This document shows positions 31,165-32,000 of a stretch of DNA of 32,000 nt, piece by piece. The first letter of the stretch is position 1, and every line of letters starts with the position of its first letter. The DNA is taken from assembly GCA_001897305.1 (NCBI GenBank), contig MKSO01000001.1, positions 180,001 to 212,000 on the forward strand, given 5' to 3'. Below the pieces are notes generated by a model that did not search any database, was not told where the DNA came from, and saw only the letters and a list, made by a program, of their open reading frames with translations. This DNA is from Candidatus Saccharimonadota bacterium. Its GTDB lineage: Bacteria; Patescibacteriota; Saccharimonadia; Saccharimonadales; Saccharimonadaceae. Both the position numbers and the translations under genes were made by a program.

Positions 31165-31992
31165 ATGAAACAGTGGGCAACAGCAAAATCAACAGGCTTT
31201 ACTATCGTCGAACTTCTTATTGTGGTGGTAGTTATCGCTATCTTAGCGGCTATTACACTTATTTCGTATAACGGTATTAAGGACAGGGCCGTAGCAGTGC
31301 AGGTCGAGGCTGGTTTGTCGGAAGCGAATAAAAAAGTACAGCTATATGCAGCTGACCCTGCAAATAATGGCAACTACCCAGCGACATTGGCGGATGCCGG
31401 AGTAACCGACACGAAAAGCGTCACGTATCAATATACTGTTGATACAACAGTTACCCCGGCCTCGTACCTTATAACTGCTTCAAATGGTATTGCGGGCACA
31501 ACTACTTACTATATGGGGAGCGACGTTTCGAGCCCGGTTGTAGGCACGGCACCGGGCCATAACCTTATGCCGTGGAATAAACCAGATAGTGCTAGCGCAC
31601 CGGTTAAGTTGAGCAGTTCGGTGGTGGTTGATACTTCGGTATATCGTACTTCGACCTCCTCGGTTAGGATCGGAACGAATTCAAGTGGGAATCTTTTACG
31701 TTCATCACCGTTTTCGGGTAGTGCAGGGCAAACCTATACGGTCAGCCTTTGGATAAAAACAGATTCTAACTGGAATGGTACAGGAGATAACTCAAAGATT
31801 CGCTTTGGGAATAACGATGGTACGGGAGCACTTTTGCAAGCCTGTGGTTACAGTGGCGTAAAGACGAGTTGGACCCAAGTTACGTGCTCGTACACCCTGA
31901 CGAGTACCTCAACTTCAGTGTCGATTAGTGTGGGTAATAATGGTACAGTGGGTACTATTTGGCTTGATGACGTAAGTGTGTCGTTGAAGTAA
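31165..31992 (+). CDS. Type IV pilin-like protein with a C-terminal carbohydrate-binding-module-like (jelly-roll) domain (275 aa)
   Basis: The prepilin leader and cleavage/methylation motif is ..KSTG/FTIVELLIVVVVIAILAAI (Glu at +5). The C-terminal ~140 aa (..VYRTSTSSVRIG.., GQTYTVSLWIKTD.., TSWTQVTCSYT.., GTIWLDDVSVSL) resemble CBM4/9-type lectin folds. The GTG at 31159 is an alternative start. Confidence 0.82.
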   Translation: MKQWATAKSTGFTIVELLIVVVVIAILAAITLISYNGIKDRAVAVQVEAGLSEANKKVQLYAADPANNGNYPATLADAGVTDTKSVTYQYTVDTTVTPASYLITASNGIAGTTTYYMGSDVSSPVVGTAPGHNLMPWNKPDSASAPVKLSSSVVVDTSVYRTSTSSVRIGTNSSGNLLRSSPFSGSAGQTYTVSLWIKTDSNWNGTGDNSKIRFGNNDGTGALLQACGYSGVKTSWTQVTCSYTLTSTSTSVSISVGNNGTVGTIWLDDVSVSLK

Positions 31993-32000
31993 GTTCTTCA

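Overview
This is a gene-dense, mid-GC bacterial chromosome segment. It mixes divergent housekeeping genes (atpD 3' end, a short atpC, rpsA, infB, fmt, def, priA, recJ, a ROK kinase) with many envelope and surface genes. The surface set includes a 3,087-aa tail-fibre-like repeat protein, an LPXTG mini-protein, a membrane-anchored M14 peptidase and a type IV pilin fused to a lectin-like domain. The gene content suggests a reduced-genome, Gram-positive-type episymbiont of the Patescibacteria/CPR (Saccharibacteria-like). That assignment is inference only, because no database search was possible. No rRNA, tRNA, CRISPR array, transposase or integrase was seen.

Three observations stand out:
1. A family of long-hairpin intergenic elements. 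There are two ~190-nt copies at 24520-24709 and 28186-28376 and a shorter relative at 15751-15901. The two long copies share an identical 34-nt apical core in opposite orientations. Their 36-bp basal arms differ between copies but are perfectly complementary within each copy, and their inner helices differ by compensatory changes. Each long copy sits exactly between two divergent leaderless-type promoters (TGnTAYAMT-N6/7-ATG). I do not recognise this as a described RNA or repeat family.
2. A ~0.8-kb island (about 19680-20495) with about 67% GC and high-GC third codon positions. It carries one 225-aa gene, is bracketed by a 17-bp inverted repeat, and lies between infB and a membrane-protein gene. 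It looks like DNA acquired from a high-GC Actinobacterium or actinophage.
3. A 9.3-kb gene for a membrane-anchored giant protein built from 402-nt periodic units. The gene immediately upstream encodes a small membrane protein that shares the giant's C-terminal domain.

All functional calls rest on motifs read by eye from the translations.
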